Of a stretch of DNA of 54,891 nucleotides, positions 9,726-20,484 are shown piece by piece; positions within the stretch are counted from its first letter, which is position 1; each line of letters starts with the position of its first letter. The translations under genes and the position numbers were made by a program. The notes under the pieces are model-generated. The model searched no databases. It was not told the DNA's origin and saw nothing but the letters and a program-made list of their open reading frames with translations. Origin of the DNA: a virus (lineage: Duplodnaviria > Caudoviricetes). The stretch covers positions 1-54,891 of IMG/VR virus record IMGVR_UViG_3300032173_000007; one strand, 5' to 3'.

Positions 9726-11378
9726 TTACCATGTCGCCAACTGTCGCCAAGCGGCCTCGCAATACATCTTCAGGGTATTGTCGAAGGTATTAATGCACAT
9801 AAGACCCTCATGCACTTGGGCCGGATCGCCCGTGTCTGTTTTAATCAGCACGCCCGCTATAATGAGCTTTCCTGTCCCTGACTCGGCCATCATATGGAAG
9901 CCGGCCTTGCCTGCAGTAGCATTTATATCCGCCACCCACATCTGCGCCATATCCGCAGGAGCGGTGGTGGGGGCAGTGCCGGAGGCATGGCCGAGGACTT
10001 TGGCGGCGGAGGTGCCAGCGGCTGTGACACTTATGAGAACGTTGCCTGCATTATCGATTCTCATTCTTTCATAATCAGTGCCACCAACTCTTGTCCAAAA
10101 TGAGATACCGCCCACATTATTGGAAGCATTTTGAAATTCAATATAACCTCTTCTGTTGGGAACACTAAAGTTAGAACCGACTCCCAAGAAATTGCCAATT
10201 GTTGTCCCCGCTTCAGCAAACTTGAACCCAGCGTAACTGGTATTGGTAGCAAAATTCACTCCAATATATTTAGCATCGCCATAGACTTCCAAATTATAAA
10301 GTGGACTCGGCGTCCCGATGCTGACCTTCGTCCCATCTGTATATATCGGGGAGTTCGCCAAGCCAGTAGCATCGCTGATGTGGTAGGGGAGATAGCCGTC
10401 GGTGAGGCCAGAAAGTTTGACGGTAACAAAAACGGGAGAGCTGGCCTGCTTCACGGCTTGGTCGAGGTAACTATCAATGGTAGCGTGGGTTAGCGTCCCA
10501 ATGTCGGTAAGATTGGTATGAGAGCGGTTGGTGATCTGAGTGATATTGGTTAAGGTAATGGTATCAGGGATATCTTCATCGCTAAGTGCAGCTGCCGAGA
10601 GTATGCCACCAGTAGCTTTCACAAATCCGCTAAATCCAGTCAGCGTAAGACCGGCAAAAGTGGGAGAGCTGGCCTGCTTCAATGACTGATCAAACCAATC
10701 TCCCAAGGTGGGATTACCAGAGAGAGTAATAATACGGTTGGCTCCGCCAAGGGCAACAGTAAGATCATCTCCACTCGCATCAGTCAGCTTGACGACTTCA
10801 TTGCCGGTCAGGGAAGTGAGTTTTACCCTGCCATAGGTAGCACCATCCAAAATGTTATCAAGCGTCAAGGAAGAATCGTTAATCTTGTAGGTCTGTCCGG
10901 CAGGAATGTTAATCGAACCGGCATCATCAATGGTGGGCAAGCTTCTCTGTATTACCCATCCACTTTCTCCGTCAAAGCGAGCAATAGCATTATCGGCAGG
11001 AACAGCCCCACTAAAAATGATAGCAGTTTCCTGACCCACTTCAATCTTTTCTGTAATCGCAAGTGTCCTATCCGCAGGCAAAGAAACCTTGCAGATTCTC
11101 CTCCTGGTGGCTCCCGATGCCCACTCCACTGTTACCACTACTGTAGCAGTATCCTTATTGTGAATATAGATACTCTTGATTGCCCGCCTGGTAGCAGCCG
11201 CAGGGGGTTCCACAATGGTAACTTCGGTAGTGTTATTTAGAACACCCTCACTCCCACCCTCAGTGAAAGTAGTGGCAGTATGGTCGGCATAAGAGGCCAC
11301 AAATTCCGGCTGATTGGCAGCTACTACTCCAGCCAGATAAGCAACAATACTTTCAGATGTAGAATCAAGGATGATCAT
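9726..11378 (-). CDS. Tail fibre protein
   Basis: Probable start MIILDST in ATGA overlap with upstream gene; 'DNAIARFDG', repeated 'DQxxKQASSP', 'ERMRIDNAGNV' fibre motifs. Confidence 0.75.
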   Translation of the reverse strand: MIILDSTSESIVAYLAGVVAANQPEFVASYADHTATTFTEGGSEGVLNNTTEVTIVEPPAAATRRAIKSIYIHNKDTATVVVTVEWASGATRRRICKVSLPADRTLAITEKIEVGQETAIIFSGAVPADNAIARFDGESGWVIQRSLPTIDDAGSINIPAGQTYKINDSSLTLDNILDGATYGRVKLTSLTGNEVVKLTDASGDDLTVALGGANRIITLSGNPTLGDWFDQSLKQASSPTFAGLTLTGFSGFVKATGGILSAAALSDEDIPDTITLTNITQITNRSHTNLTDIGTLTHATIDSYLDQAVKQASSPVFVTVKLSGLTDGYLPYHISDATGLANSPIYTDGTKVSIGTPSPLYNLEVYGDAKYIGVNFATNTSYAGFKFAEAGTTIGNFLGVGSNFSVPNRRGYIEFQNASNNVGGISFWTRVGGTDYERMRIDNAGNVLISVTAAGTSAAKVLGHASGTAPTTAPADMAQMWVADINATAGKAGFHMMAESGTGKLIIAGVLIKTDTGDPAQVHEGLMCINTFDNTLKMYCEAAWRQLATW

Positions 11379-11580
11379 ATCCCCATCCAGGAAAAAGCCA
11401 AATTTAAAATCATACAAGCATTAACTTTAGTATCCGCTTCCGATTCTGAACAAACAAGTGGATCAAGTTGCGCTAAGGCGATGACCCCATCATCATTGGG
11501 ATCATAAACTGCCTTCAGCATATCTCCTGTCCCGCCGCCACCAACAACAGGTTTATCTAAATGACTTTTATTTAACATGG

Positions 11581-11871
11581 TTACCAAGCCCAAGCCCTGA
11601 TTTTATCACCACCAGTGGTTCCCTTAATAAAAATACTATTTTTGGTCGTAGTGTTTAGCGTCAAAGATTCTCCTGGCTTCAATTCCGCTTCTACTGTAGC
11701 ACCATCCCAGGAAGCTGATACTATATCAGTTGCTGAATCATTAGTTATCGTAATTGAATTTACTCCACCGCCAAAGACCCGCTCTACATAGAGATTGGTT
11801 GTTGTATATTCCTCATAGAAACTGATTGGACCGCCGACAATTTGAAATGGTCTCGATCCATCTTCAAACAT
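11581..11871 (-). CDS. Small beta-rich virion protein
   Basis: ATGA overlap with upstream gene; 'ITITND...LKPGESLTL'. Confidence 0.55.
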   Translation of the reverse strand: MFEDGSRPFQIVGGPISFYEEYTTTNLYVERVFGGGVNSITITNDSATDIVSASWDGATVEAELKPGESLTLNTTTKNSIFIKGTTGGDKIRAWAW

Positions 11872-12422
11872 CAGACAACCTCTTTCCCGCAATTCTGGCA
11901 GATATACCGTGGTTTTACTACATCGACAACTCGTTCTCGGAATTTAGGCCTGTCAACGATTACCTCCCGTTCCACAAGAACAGGTTTGTCAACCTTGACC
12001 TCAATTTCTACTTTTTTTTCAACGGGAACAAGATTTACATCATGAACGATGACTTCTTTTGTTACATATTTCGGCTGTTCGATGATTTTTTCAACGAACT
12101 TCGGAACAATAACCTCTTTGACCACTTCCTTGACTACCAGTTTTTCTACATATTTGGGAACCTCGATGATTTTTTCGATTTCTTTGACAACGACCTTCTC
12201 AACCTCAACTATTTTTTCTACAAAGACAGGCCGTTCAATAATTACATCCTTAAACTTTGGCCTTTCATATATCTTATCGACATATTGAGGCTTTTCAACG
12301 ATGATTTTTTTTTCAATAAAGGATGGTCGTTGAACCTCCACATCAACGAAAGAAGGCACTTCAACCACCCTTTGAATTACTTTGGTTTCCGTATCTACCT
12401 TAATTCCTGTTTCAAATGGCAT
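11871..12422 (-). CDS. Val/Glu/Lys/Pro repeat protein with C-terminal CxxC
   Basis: Tandem (V/I)E(K/R/V/Q)P(K/V)(F/Y)VEK repeats; CQNC at the end. Confidence 0.7.
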   Translation of the reverse strand: MPFETGIKVDTETKVIQRVVEVPSFVDVEVQRPSFIEKKIIVEKPQYVDKIYERPKFKDVIIERPVFVEKIVEVEKVVVKEIEKIIEVPKYVEKLVVKEVVKEVIVPKFVEKIIEQPKYVTKEVIVHDVNLVPVEKKVEIEVKVDKPVLVEREVIVDRPKFRERVVDVVKPRYICQNCGKEVV

Positions 12423-12423
12423 T

Positions 12424-12786
12424 TTATATCTCCTGTCGGAAAATCAGCCGAATGGTTACAGTAGTAGCAGCCACATTAGCTTCAACCACCTTGAATCTTA
12501 TATATTCAGATAAGATCGGGCTATAAGGAACATATCTTCCGGTTGTTACACCCAAAGCTGTGGCAACTATTCCTAAAGCACCCCCAGCAGTATCTACCGG
12601 GTCATACCATGTTTCTCCATCAACGGAGCATTGCTGGCTGACGGTGATAGTGCCCGCCGTGGTGCTAATGATTACCGCCGCACTTCCTGCACATTCACGG
12701 AAAGGCACTGACATAGAATATCTTGTTGCGGCTTTTGCTACTTGTTCGTTCATTACGAGAGGGGTTTTTAAATATCCGCTTGCCAT
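12424..12786 (-). CDS. Beta-sandwich virion protein
   Basis: 'TITVSQQCSVDGETWYD...YIRFKV'; GGAGG SD. Confidence 0.6.
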   Translation of the reverse strand: MASGYLKTPLVMNEQVAKAATRYSMSVPFRECAGSAAVIISTTAGTITVSQQCSVDGETWYDPVDTAGGALGIVATALGVTTGRYVPYSPILSEYIRFKVVEANVAATTVTIRLIFRQEI

Positions 12787-12803
12787 TTGGTTTGCCTCCT
12801 TGG

Positions 12804-15800
12804 TTATTTTGACTCTTCTAAGAAAAAGGGCCTAATCGACTCCGGTCTCTGTTTCATTTTTTCAAACATCTCCCAAGTCTTCACTTTTTGTTGTTCCTGT
12901 CTCAATCTTCTTTTCTCTTCATCCGTTGGAGCAGCATCTATTTTATTTTCATACCAAAATTTTAAAGTCGTTGGGTCTAATAACTGATTCATAATACGTT
13001 TATCTAATGATTTTTTAACTTCTTCCGTGAGATGTCCACGGTGGAATTCCCATAAATTTTTTGAAATTCTGGCAAAGCTATCAGAGGCGATGTATTCTCC
13101 AGGAGACATTCCTGATTTTATAAAATCTTCTTTAATCTCCAGCAAAATCCCAGCTTCTTGTTGTTCAAGTTGTTTTATTCTTTCAAATTCTTCATAGTTG
13201 ATTTTTCTACCATCAGGTAACACTATTTCCAACTTCTCATTATAATCCCGTATTCCTAATGCAGGGAGCCCAGCAAATTTGTTAAAAACTTCTTTTATCG
13301 CTTGGGGGGGAGGTTTTAATTTGCCTTCTGTCTCACTAATATATCCACTAAGCATAGGCATAATACATTTGGTAAAATAAAGAGTGTCCCGCCATATTTT
13401 TTCTCTTTGTGTCATTTTGGAAACATCCATAAAAGGATAAAGAGGTTGGTTATCCATTGGATCTTTCCTGTCAATGAGACCCCGGAGAAACCTTACAATC
13501 GGACTTGTAAGATAGACAATCCCCTTGACTTCCTTAACTCCCCAATGTTTTATGGTATCTACAGCTGCTTTTTGTAATGTTTTTTCGCCATTGAGATACA
13601 TATTTAGTTGAGCGATAGCAACGGAAAATATTTTCGTTCCTATAAGAGCATCTTGCGGGGTTTGCATGTTCCATGTTCTGATTCTTCCATCATCGGCTCT
13701 ACCTAAGACAACATGGAATCCCTCTCTTACCTCTTCCGGCACTTGCATTTCCATTTTCTTAATTTCATCATTTCTATTATTCAAAAGCATTCCTGCTATT
13801 GGCAAAGTCAATAGACCCCCTACTCCTTTTAAAGGATGTTTCATTGTATATTGCCATATCAATTGTGAGCCTTTGAAATACCATCTCCCAAATGGGAAGA
13901 GAAGACCCCTTATCACTCGATTATAAGTTTTAGAGGTAGCCTCATAATCAATGACTATTTCTCTCGCTATTTGGCCTAAAGCTGCCTCCGTGTTCAATCT
14001 TCCAGTATTGATCCAATCAAAAGATTGTCTTACCTTTTCCCCATTTCCTTTCAGGTTTTCTTCAAATAAATATCTTGCATTGGCGGCTCTCAAAATAGAT
14101 TCTCTAAACTGCGATATTTTTTGTGATTTTTGCAATAACCATTTTAGCGGATTACGAGTTGCTCTGATGTGAGGAAGCTCCCTAATAAAAGTAGCACCTA
14201 AAATATCATTATCAGTTAAGAATTTTGCAAATGCTTTATCATATGCAGTATAGTTTTCAGGTTTCTTTATTAAAAAAAAGAGGGCATCATCGACTTGTGA
14301 CAGCAATTTGAAAGGCTTAGGATGTTGTAAAACTATCATCCAAGTATCCCCTATGAAGTTATTGATATTGTATCTTGGGAATACCGACAGAATCGCAGAG
14401 GATTTAAAATAGGCATTGGCTTTGTTAATGAAATACCATGCCTTAGAACCTCTGGGAGAGAAATTTTCAAAAACATTATAAATTTCCTCTGGTAAGAGAT
14501 AAGTTTTCTTTTCTCTGCCAATTGCCATTTCGCCTTCTTCTGTGGGATATATTTGTCTTGTAAAAGGCTTATCGGGCGAATATGCTCTATATCGTTTGCC
14601 GTCTATGTTATATATTCTACCTGCCTTAGCATAAGGTCTAACTCTTCCGGCTTTATCGACGCCAAAAAGATTTACTTTTTTATCTCTATCAAGAGTAGAT
14701 GTAATATCATATTTTTCGGCTTGCTCCATGATAAAATCTTCTAACATATTATCCGCATCTACTTCGGTCAAATAATCAAGAAGTGATTCAGCATCTTGAC
14801 GATATTCTTTGGTAGTGCCTACGGCCTTTTTAGTATAACCTCTAAATGGCCTTCTTAATTTAGAAGGTATGCCAATGGCGGGAGCCCAGTCCGGTGTATA
14901 ATCAATTACATAATGTCTTGTATAATCCTCAAAAGTATCTTCTGGATCTAATTTCCCTCTCCTGATAAGTTCAGTTTGATATATTTTCGATATTTCTTTC
15001 CATCTGTTAGCAGCTGCAATTTCTTTAGCTGATGCTGTTTTTTCAAGGTTTGCAAGTCTATCTTGCACTTCTTCAAGGGTTACTTCCGGGTTTCCTTTGC
15101 CCAACTTTTGTCTTTCTACTTCACCCCTCATATGAGCAATCGCAGCTGCCTTTGAAATCTCAGCATCATCCATACCTCCAAAAAGGGATATCCTATGTTT
15201 TTCCCTTTCTGCATAGAGTTTCCTTGCACGCCCGATAAGATTCGTTCTTACAGCATTTTGGAACTCAAGGGGGGCTTTCTTATAAAAAGTAAAAGGCTCT
15301 ATGATTGCTTTAAATTTGTCTTCAATCTTTTTAACAAGATTACGAACAAAGCCGATTTCTTTTGGTTTTTGAGCTGGAGGGACTTCTGGCTTGGTCGGTA
15401 ATCTGATAAGACCAGCTTGACCTGCCTGTTTTTCTCTTTCTTGCCCTTCTCTAAAAAGTTCATCAAGTCTTGGTTGCGCCCTTTCTTCCTCCGCCTTTCT
15501 TGTCGCCTCCATTAGAGGCGATTCCTCAAAATCAACACCCCTTCCCTCAATTGGCTCGGTGGGCATCCGACGTTCGGTTTTCAATCCGGTAAGCATGGGT
15601 TCTTCAGCGGTTGCCTTGGCAGCCTCAATTGGCGTCTCTTCTGGTTCCCCGAACCATCCCTTTGTTCCCGCCAACATTTCCTGCCGTTTTTTCCTTCTTT
15701 CTACTGCTTCATGCTGACGGCGAAGTTTTACTTCCTCCAAGGCGGCGTCAACAATTGTTGCTTGTTTCTTGGCAAGTTTCTGGCCCTTGATTGCTTTATC

Positions 15801-18035
15801 AAGAGCTCTGATGACTTCTTTCTGAGTCCATCCTTTATTCTGCATCCATAGAGGATAAGTAGATTTGGTTCGTCTGACAAATTCGCCTTCTTCGGTAAAA
15901 ATATCTCGTGCGGGTTCGCTTACTTCTACTTCGCCAATTAGTTCATTAAGGTAAGCATGATATCTTTCAGGGATATTTTGAGGAGTAATTTCTTCAGTAA
16001 TCGGTTTCACTTCTGGTTCGGGAGGAGTTGCTACTTCAGCTTTTGGCAGTTGCCTTCCCGGCATTCCCTTCACAATATCTCTATTTAGGACTACCCAAGT
16101 AGTAGCATCCCCCTCTTTGAACTTGACCGAATCATATCCTTGCTCTTCAACTAATTTTCTTATGATGGGAAGATTTTTCCCTCGGAATAATTGGTAAATA
16201 AATGCCGGTCGATAACCTTCATCAAAGGAGGTATTACCCGTGATTTCTTCCATGGTTGCATTATCTTTGATGCCGAGTGCTTCAAGAGTCTTGACAATAT
16301 CTCCATAATCCCACAATTCCCCTGACTTACTATACCCAGTAAGATCCAAGGTCTTTTGTGGTGTAATCTCAACCTCTGAAACTCTGGGGGCATAACCTTC
16401 TGGTTTCGGGCCAACCAATATCTCTGGCAATGTTTCTCTTTGCATCGCATATGTAGAAGCCACTTCGGGGGATTCGGATAAAAATAGTAAGTCGGCATTC
16501 GCTTCGGCGATTCTCTTTAGTTCAGCCTTAGTTATTTCTTTTTTGCGTAAATCGTCCAATAACTCTCTGTTCCTCTTAATGTTATAGGATAATTCCTCCC
16601 TATCTACTCTTTTGGTAACAGATAACATGGGGTTCTTTTCTATTTCTTTTTCAAGTGCATTGAGCTGCGAAACCATCTGGGACGTTCTTTTTTCTATATC
16701 TGAAATAATTTTGTCTGGAGTCCAGTCAAGCACATCATAAACGGTTTGTAGCCTGAGTATATTGGGTTTTTCGCCTAATGCACTTACCATATCACCACGG
16801 TATAAAGTAATCGGTTTCGCTTCTGGTTCAGGAAGAGTGGGAGTTATTTCCTCTGGCTCTCTCATAGGACGAGTCTCTGCTGCTTCAATTTCCGTTTTCG
16901 CTTTTGGTTCAACATCAGGTATCTCCCACCCTTTTTCTTCTTTAACAGCACCCAATACTTCTTCTGGACTATAGAAGTTTTCCCCTTCAAAGAGCCTTCT
17001 CGCCATTACATCCAACTGTTTAGGCGTCGCTTGTTTCCCATATGATGTTTCCAAGGTATCTCTTATGGCCTCAAGACCTAACCGTGCTGCACCTTCCGGG
17101 AAAGGAGAAGGCGGGGCCACTTCTACCGGCGGAACAATTGGGGGTGGAGGCGTGACAGCCGCAGGCGGCGCAGGAGTCGGAGGAACAACTTCAGCAGTAG
17201 GAACGGCAGGAGATGGTGTCGGTTTCACTCCAACGGGAGCGACGGGTTCAGCCGCAGAAGGTGTAACCTTCTGGGGTTCTACTGCCGGTTTGACTTCTAA
17301 TGGTTTCTTTGTCGCAGGTGGCCTTTCCAAAACTGGTCTTGCCAACCTTCCCGTTACGGCCTGTACCCCTCTTCCTGCTCCACCCAGAACCATTATGGCA
17401 CTTAAAAAATCCATACCTTCATTGATGACCAGATTTCCTACTTTCCCCCAATCACTTTTGGGAAGTCGATTAAGTTGTTTGTATGCCGGGACAGCCTTGC
17501 TTATTTCCTCTGCTGTCCATTCAGCTATTCGCCGTGGAAAGCCAAGTAGATTTCCTACAAATTCAAGATTTCTTTTAGTCTCCTCAAGATGTGGTTGGGG
17601 AATGATTAGAGGCATTATTTTTTGAAGGACGGCTTCTGTGTCCTTTTTGGCGGTTTCATAACGCTCACCACTGAGCACTCCACCAATGGTCCCGCCTATA
17701 GTTGTTGCAGCTTCAATAGGATATGCCATAAGTCCACCAGCAAAATCTATGGCGGTTTCAGGAATGGCCAAAGCCTCTCGCCCCAATCCTTTTAAGGTCT
17801 CTAAAGCAAGGGGAGCTTTTGCCTTTGGAACCTCTGCTGATTTCATCATCGCCCGCCCAGCCGCTACTTGCTCAGGAGATAAGGGGAATTTGGAAGATTT
17901 TGGCGGCCGTTCATATTCAATATCTTCTTCGGCGATGTCTAATAATTGATGACCTGCCGTTTTCTCCTGGGCCACTGGGGCTGCAAGTTCAATATCTTTG
18001 TCTTCAATATTGACAAGAGGCATTAAGGTCTCCAC
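12804..18035 (-). CDS. Large internal virion (ejection) protein with an ADP-ribosyltransferase-like insert
   Basis: 1743 aa; last of the ejection-type genes; Pro-rich linker; helical C-terminal region; YRG...FLSES...GYDSV segment. Confidence 0.7.
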   Translation of the reverse strand: METLMPLVNIEDKDIELAAPVAQEKTAGHQLLDIAEEDIEYERPPKSSKFPLSPEQVAAGRAMMKSAEVPKAKAPLALETLKGLGREALAIPETAIDFAGGLMAYPIEAATTIGGTIGGVLSGERYETAKKDTEAVLQKIMPLIIPQPHLEETKRNLEFVGNLLGFPRRIAEWTAEEISKAVPAYKQLNRLPKSDWGKVGNLVINEGMDFLSAIMVLGGAGRGVQAVTGRLARPVLERPPATKKPLEVKPAVEPQKVTPSAAEPVAPVGVKPTPSPAVPTAEVVPPTPAPPAAVTPPPPIVPPVEVAPPSPFPEGAARLGLEAIRDTLETSYGKQATPKQLDVMARRLFEGENFYSPEEVLGAVKEEKGWEIPDVEPKAKTEIEAAETRPMREPEEITPTLPEPEAKPITLYRGDMVSALGEKPNILRLQTVYDVLDWTPDKIISDIEKRTSQMVSQLNALEKEIEKNPMLSVTKRVDREELSYNIKRNRELLDDLRKKEITKAELKRIAEANADLLFLSESPEVASTYAMQRETLPEILVGPKPEGYAPRVSEVEITPQKTLDLTGYSKSGELWDYGDIVKTLEALGIKDNATMEEITGNTSFDEGYRPAFIYQLFRGKNLPIIRKLVEEQGYDSVKFKEGDATTWVVLNRDIVKGMPGRQLPKAEVATPPEPEVKPITEEITPQNIPERYHAYLNELIGEVEVSEPARDIFTEEGEFVRRTKSTYPLWMQNKGWTQKEVIRALDKAIKGQKLAKKQATIVDAALEEVKLRRQHEAVERRKKRQEMLAGTKGWFGEPEETPIEAAKATAEEPMLTGLKTERRMPTEPIEGRGVDFEESPLMEATRKAEEERAQPRLDELFREGQEREKQAGQAGLIRLPTKPEVPPAQKPKEIGFVRNLVKKIEDKFKAIIEPFTFYKKAPLEFQNAVRTNLIGRARKLYAEREKHRISLFGGMDDAEISKAAAIAHMRGEVERQKLGKGNPEVTLEEVQDRLANLEKTASAKEIAAANRWKEISKIYQTELIRRGKLDPEDTFEDYTRHYVIDYTPDWAPAIGIPSKLRRPFRGYTKKAVGTTKEYRQDAESLLDYLTEVDADNMLEDFIMEQAEKYDITSTLDRDKKVNLFGVDKAGRVRPYAKAGRIYNIDGKRYRAYSPDKPFTRQIYPTEEGEMAIGREKKTYLLPEEIYNVFENFSPRGSKAWYFINKANAYFKSSAILSVFPRYNINNFIGDTWMIVLQHPKPFKLLSQVDDALFFLIKKPENYTAYDKAFAKFLTDNDILGATFIRELPHIRATRNPLKWLLQKSQKISQFRESILRAANARYLFEENLKGNGEKVRQSFDWINTGRLNTEAALGQIAREIVIDYEATSKTYNRVIRGLLFPFGRWYFKGSQLIWQYTMKHPLKGVGGLLTLPIAGMLLNNRNDEIKKMEMQVPEEVREGFHVVLGRADDGRIRTWNMQTPQDALIGTKIFSVAIAQLNMYLNGEKTLQKAAVDTIKHWGVKEVKGIVYLTSPIVRFLRGLIDRKDPMDNQPLYPFMDVSKMTQREKIWRDTLYFTKCIMPMLSGYISETEGKLKPPPQAIKEVFNKFAGLPALGIRDYNEKLEIVLPDGRKINYEEFERIKQLEQQEAGILLEIKEDFIKSGMSPGEYIASDSFARISKNLWEFHRGHLTEEVKKSLDKRIMNQLLDPTTLKFWYENKIDAAPTDEEKRRLRQEQQKVKTWEMFEKMKQRPESIRPFFLEESK

Positions 18036-19588
18036 TCCTTCTTGCTACCATCTGGCAATTGATAGACCGGATTGCCGGTCTTTTTGCTTTTACCAATATA
18101 TTTTGCCCCAGGAGGCAAGACTGTTGCTGGTTGGACTTGACCACTTATGCGTTTTTTGATACCGCCAACTACCTTGCCCACTGCCTCCTTGGCTGCCTTA
18201 CCAAGTTCCTCTGTTGTGGTGGTAACTCCTGTTGGTGGAGCACCCTTAGTTGTCCCGGGAGGTAATGTGAATATTTGTCGTCTTTCCGGAGGAGCTACCT
18301 TCTTTCTGTATTCCTTTGGGGCATACTTTATTACCTCATCTCGTTCAGCTTCAAGGGACACAACGGCTTGATTAACTGCTTCTGGATTTTGGACTTTATT
18401 TATGCCAGCCAACCACGGGAATTGTCTGAGTGATTCAGGATCAACCGCAGTTGAACCCTTCAGGGTTGCTATGGCCTTATTGATTGCCGCTATGCGGGCC
18501 ATTGCTTGCTTTGGGGTATATTCCGGTTTTTCGCCTGCCGATGGTTTTTCTGCAATCTTTACGACATCGCCCCATTGGGGTCTCTTGTTCGCATCTAAAC
18601 CTAAAAAGGCGCCTTCATATTCTTTTCCATCTTTACCTATAAATCTTACCCGTTTCCCTATTGGATATGGTAAACGTTCTTCTGCTTTTGATTTTTTAGA
18701 AATTTCTTCATCGATTGCTTTGATAACAGAACTATCCTCACCATATCTTTCTTTTAATCTCTCTCTGTCTTCTATAAGTTTACCTATATCCGATACTGGT
18801 TTTCCCGCTTGCTCCGTCCAAGGGACTACACCTTCCGGAGGTGTTTCTCCCGGTTTAATCCATGTAATTTGACCGGTCGGGGTAACAAATCGCTGTGGTT
18901 CATATTCTTTAGGCGCCTTGGGAAGCGCCTTTGCTTGATAAAAACCCCTTCTTATTTCTTCAATCGGTTTACCCAATGCTTTTTGCTCTTTATAGTAACT
19001 TTCCCATTCTCCTGGAATCTCTTCTTTAGCTATTTCTTTTTCAAGTTGTCTTCGCCTGAGAATATTCATTGGCTCTTCATATTCTCGTGCCTTCCGTTCC
19101 TGATAAGCCTGCCCGGCAATCTGAGCCAAAACATTTCCTGCTCTGGCCCACGGGGTTTGCAGACCGGTAGGGCCTGTCCCAAAAGCCCCGCCAAGGGCCC
19201 CGGCAATCTGGACAAACTGATCCAGCGGCATTCGACCGAATACCGGCGTTGACCAATAATCCGTTTCTGTTTTTGTAGAGGGGGGAGCCGATTTTTCCAA
19301 AGATACATTTGTTGGAGGGGCAGATGCCGCCGGTGTTGCTGGATTAGGATAAGGAGTGCTTACAGATGCAGGCATAGATGGACGGGAATAAGGATTCCTT
19401 AACAATACATTCTCATAAATATCCGTCTTGCCTTCTTCAGAAGATAATGGTTTGGCTCCCAAACTATAAGGTTGTGTCTTCAATATCTCTTTAATAGCAG
19501 CCAGTATAGCATTTTTAGTATCTTCAGATCCGATAGGGATATTTTCCCCGGGAGTCAATTCTTGTTTCGGTTTTAAAAGTCCATTCAT
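18023..19588 (-). CDS. Putative ejection / DNA-transfer protein
   Basis: Position between small and large ejection genes; Gly-rich segment, charged helices. Confidence 0.55.
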   Translation of the reverse strand: MNGLLKPKQELTPGENIPIGSEDTKNAILAAIKEILKTQPYSLGAKPLSSEEGKTDIYENVLLRNPYSRPSMPASVSTPYPNPATPAASAPPTNVSLEKSAPPSTKTETDYWSTPVFGRMPLDQFVQIAGALGGAFGTGPTGLQTPWARAGNVLAQIAGQAYQERKAREYEEPMNILRRRQLEKEIAKEEIPGEWESYYKEQKALGKPIEEIRRGFYQAKALPKAPKEYEPQRFVTPTGQITWIKPGETPPEGVVPWTEQAGKPVSDIGKLIEDRERLKERYGEDSSVIKAIDEEISKKSKAEERLPYPIGKRVRFIGKDGKEYEGAFLGLDANKRPQWGDVVKIAEKPSAGEKPEYTPKQAMARIAAINKAIATLKGSTAVDPESLRQFPWLAGINKVQNPEAVNQAVVSLEAERDEVIKYAPKEYRKKVAPPERRQIFTLPPGTTKGAPPTGVTTTTEELGKAAKEAVGKVVGGIKKRISGQVQPATVLPPGAKYIGKSKKTGNPVYQLPDGSKKEWRP

Positions 19589-19606
19589 TCTATTCGCCTC
19601 CTCGTT

Positions 19607-20473
19607 TTACTCCAGCAATACATAAGCGATACCAATGATACATCCTATGACGGCACCGATTACAGCGCCCCAGACGCCCCCGATTGATGAGCCTATGTAA
19701 AGACCTGAAACAGTATAGCTTGCGATAAGCAATCCTTTAGAGAGTGTTGACCTCTCCCTTTCCATCGTTTTTTCGTAATTTGTAGCACGTTGCAAAGCCC
19801 CCAAGGCGGCTCTTTCAAAATCTAATACTTCAAGCGGCCACAGCTTATCTTTTGTATCAAACTTATAATTGGCCTCATCTACATCCATCTTGGTCATATA
19901 ATAAAGTTTCATCGCTTCAGCGTAATTGGCAACTGTCTTTTTGTTCCAATTTAAGGAATCAACGAATTGCTTCTCGGCTTCGGGGATTGTTTGAAGCTTC
20001 GCATTGGAACTAATCCTTGATAGCGCCTTAAGCCTTGCATTTTCTATCGCAGCCTTTCCCACCACAAAAGAACTGCTTATTACAGAATTCATGTCTCTCA
20101 TTTTAATCTGAAAATCGGGTATGGTTTGCTCTATTATCTTATCATCCAATAATTTCATTTCTTCCGCAATGGTGCTATTTATCGCTGAATCATTTACTAT
20201 GTCTTCAAGACTATAATGCCAGAGCTGTTCAATGTCTAACCCTGCCATGTATTTCCCATACATATCATATAAGCAAGGGAAATTACCTATAGTGTATCCC
20301 ACACAGAAAAAAGCGGCATCTGTGGCAATAGGTATATAGCTACCATACGGAGAATCATTCTTTAAACTTTCCCACAGGTCATGATAGCGGTTAAGAAAAC
20401 GTTCATGCTCTTCTTCGATGTATCCTGCATATCGAATTTCAGTTTTCTGCTTTGAGTTGGTGCTACTGCCCAC
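19607..20473 (-). CDS. Ejection protein paralogue B (GTG start)
   Basis: Aligns end to end with 20485..21375; C-terminal glycine-zipper TM segments. Confidence 0.65.
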   Translation of the reverse strand: MGSSTNSKQKTEIRYAGYIEEEHERFLNRYHDLWESLKNDSPYGSYIPIATDAAFFCVGYTIGNFPCLYDMYGKYMAGLDIEQLWHYSLEDIVNDSAINSTIAEEMKLLDDKIIEQTIPDFQIKMRDMNSVISSSFVVGKAAIENARLKALSRISSNAKLQTIPEAEKQFVDSLNWNKKTVANYAEAMKLYYMTKMDVDEANYKFDTKDKLWPLEVLDFERAALGALQRATNYEKTMERERSTLSKGLLIASYTVSGLYIGSSIGGVWGAVIGAVIGCIIGIAYVLLE

Positions 20474-20484
20474 CGAATTATCTC

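Noticed and set aside
8234-11378. Diversity-generating retroelement acting on the fibres
   Set aside because: No reverse transcriptase and no adenine-variable TR/VR pair seen
11375-11417. Programmed frameshift joining the 72-aa ORF to the fibre gene
   Set aside because: An ATGA stop/start overlap at 11375-11378 explains the arrangement
11826-12464. 212-aa Phe/Asn/Asp-rich + strand ORF
   Set aside because: Antisense shadow of the repetitive VEKP gene within a minus-strand operon
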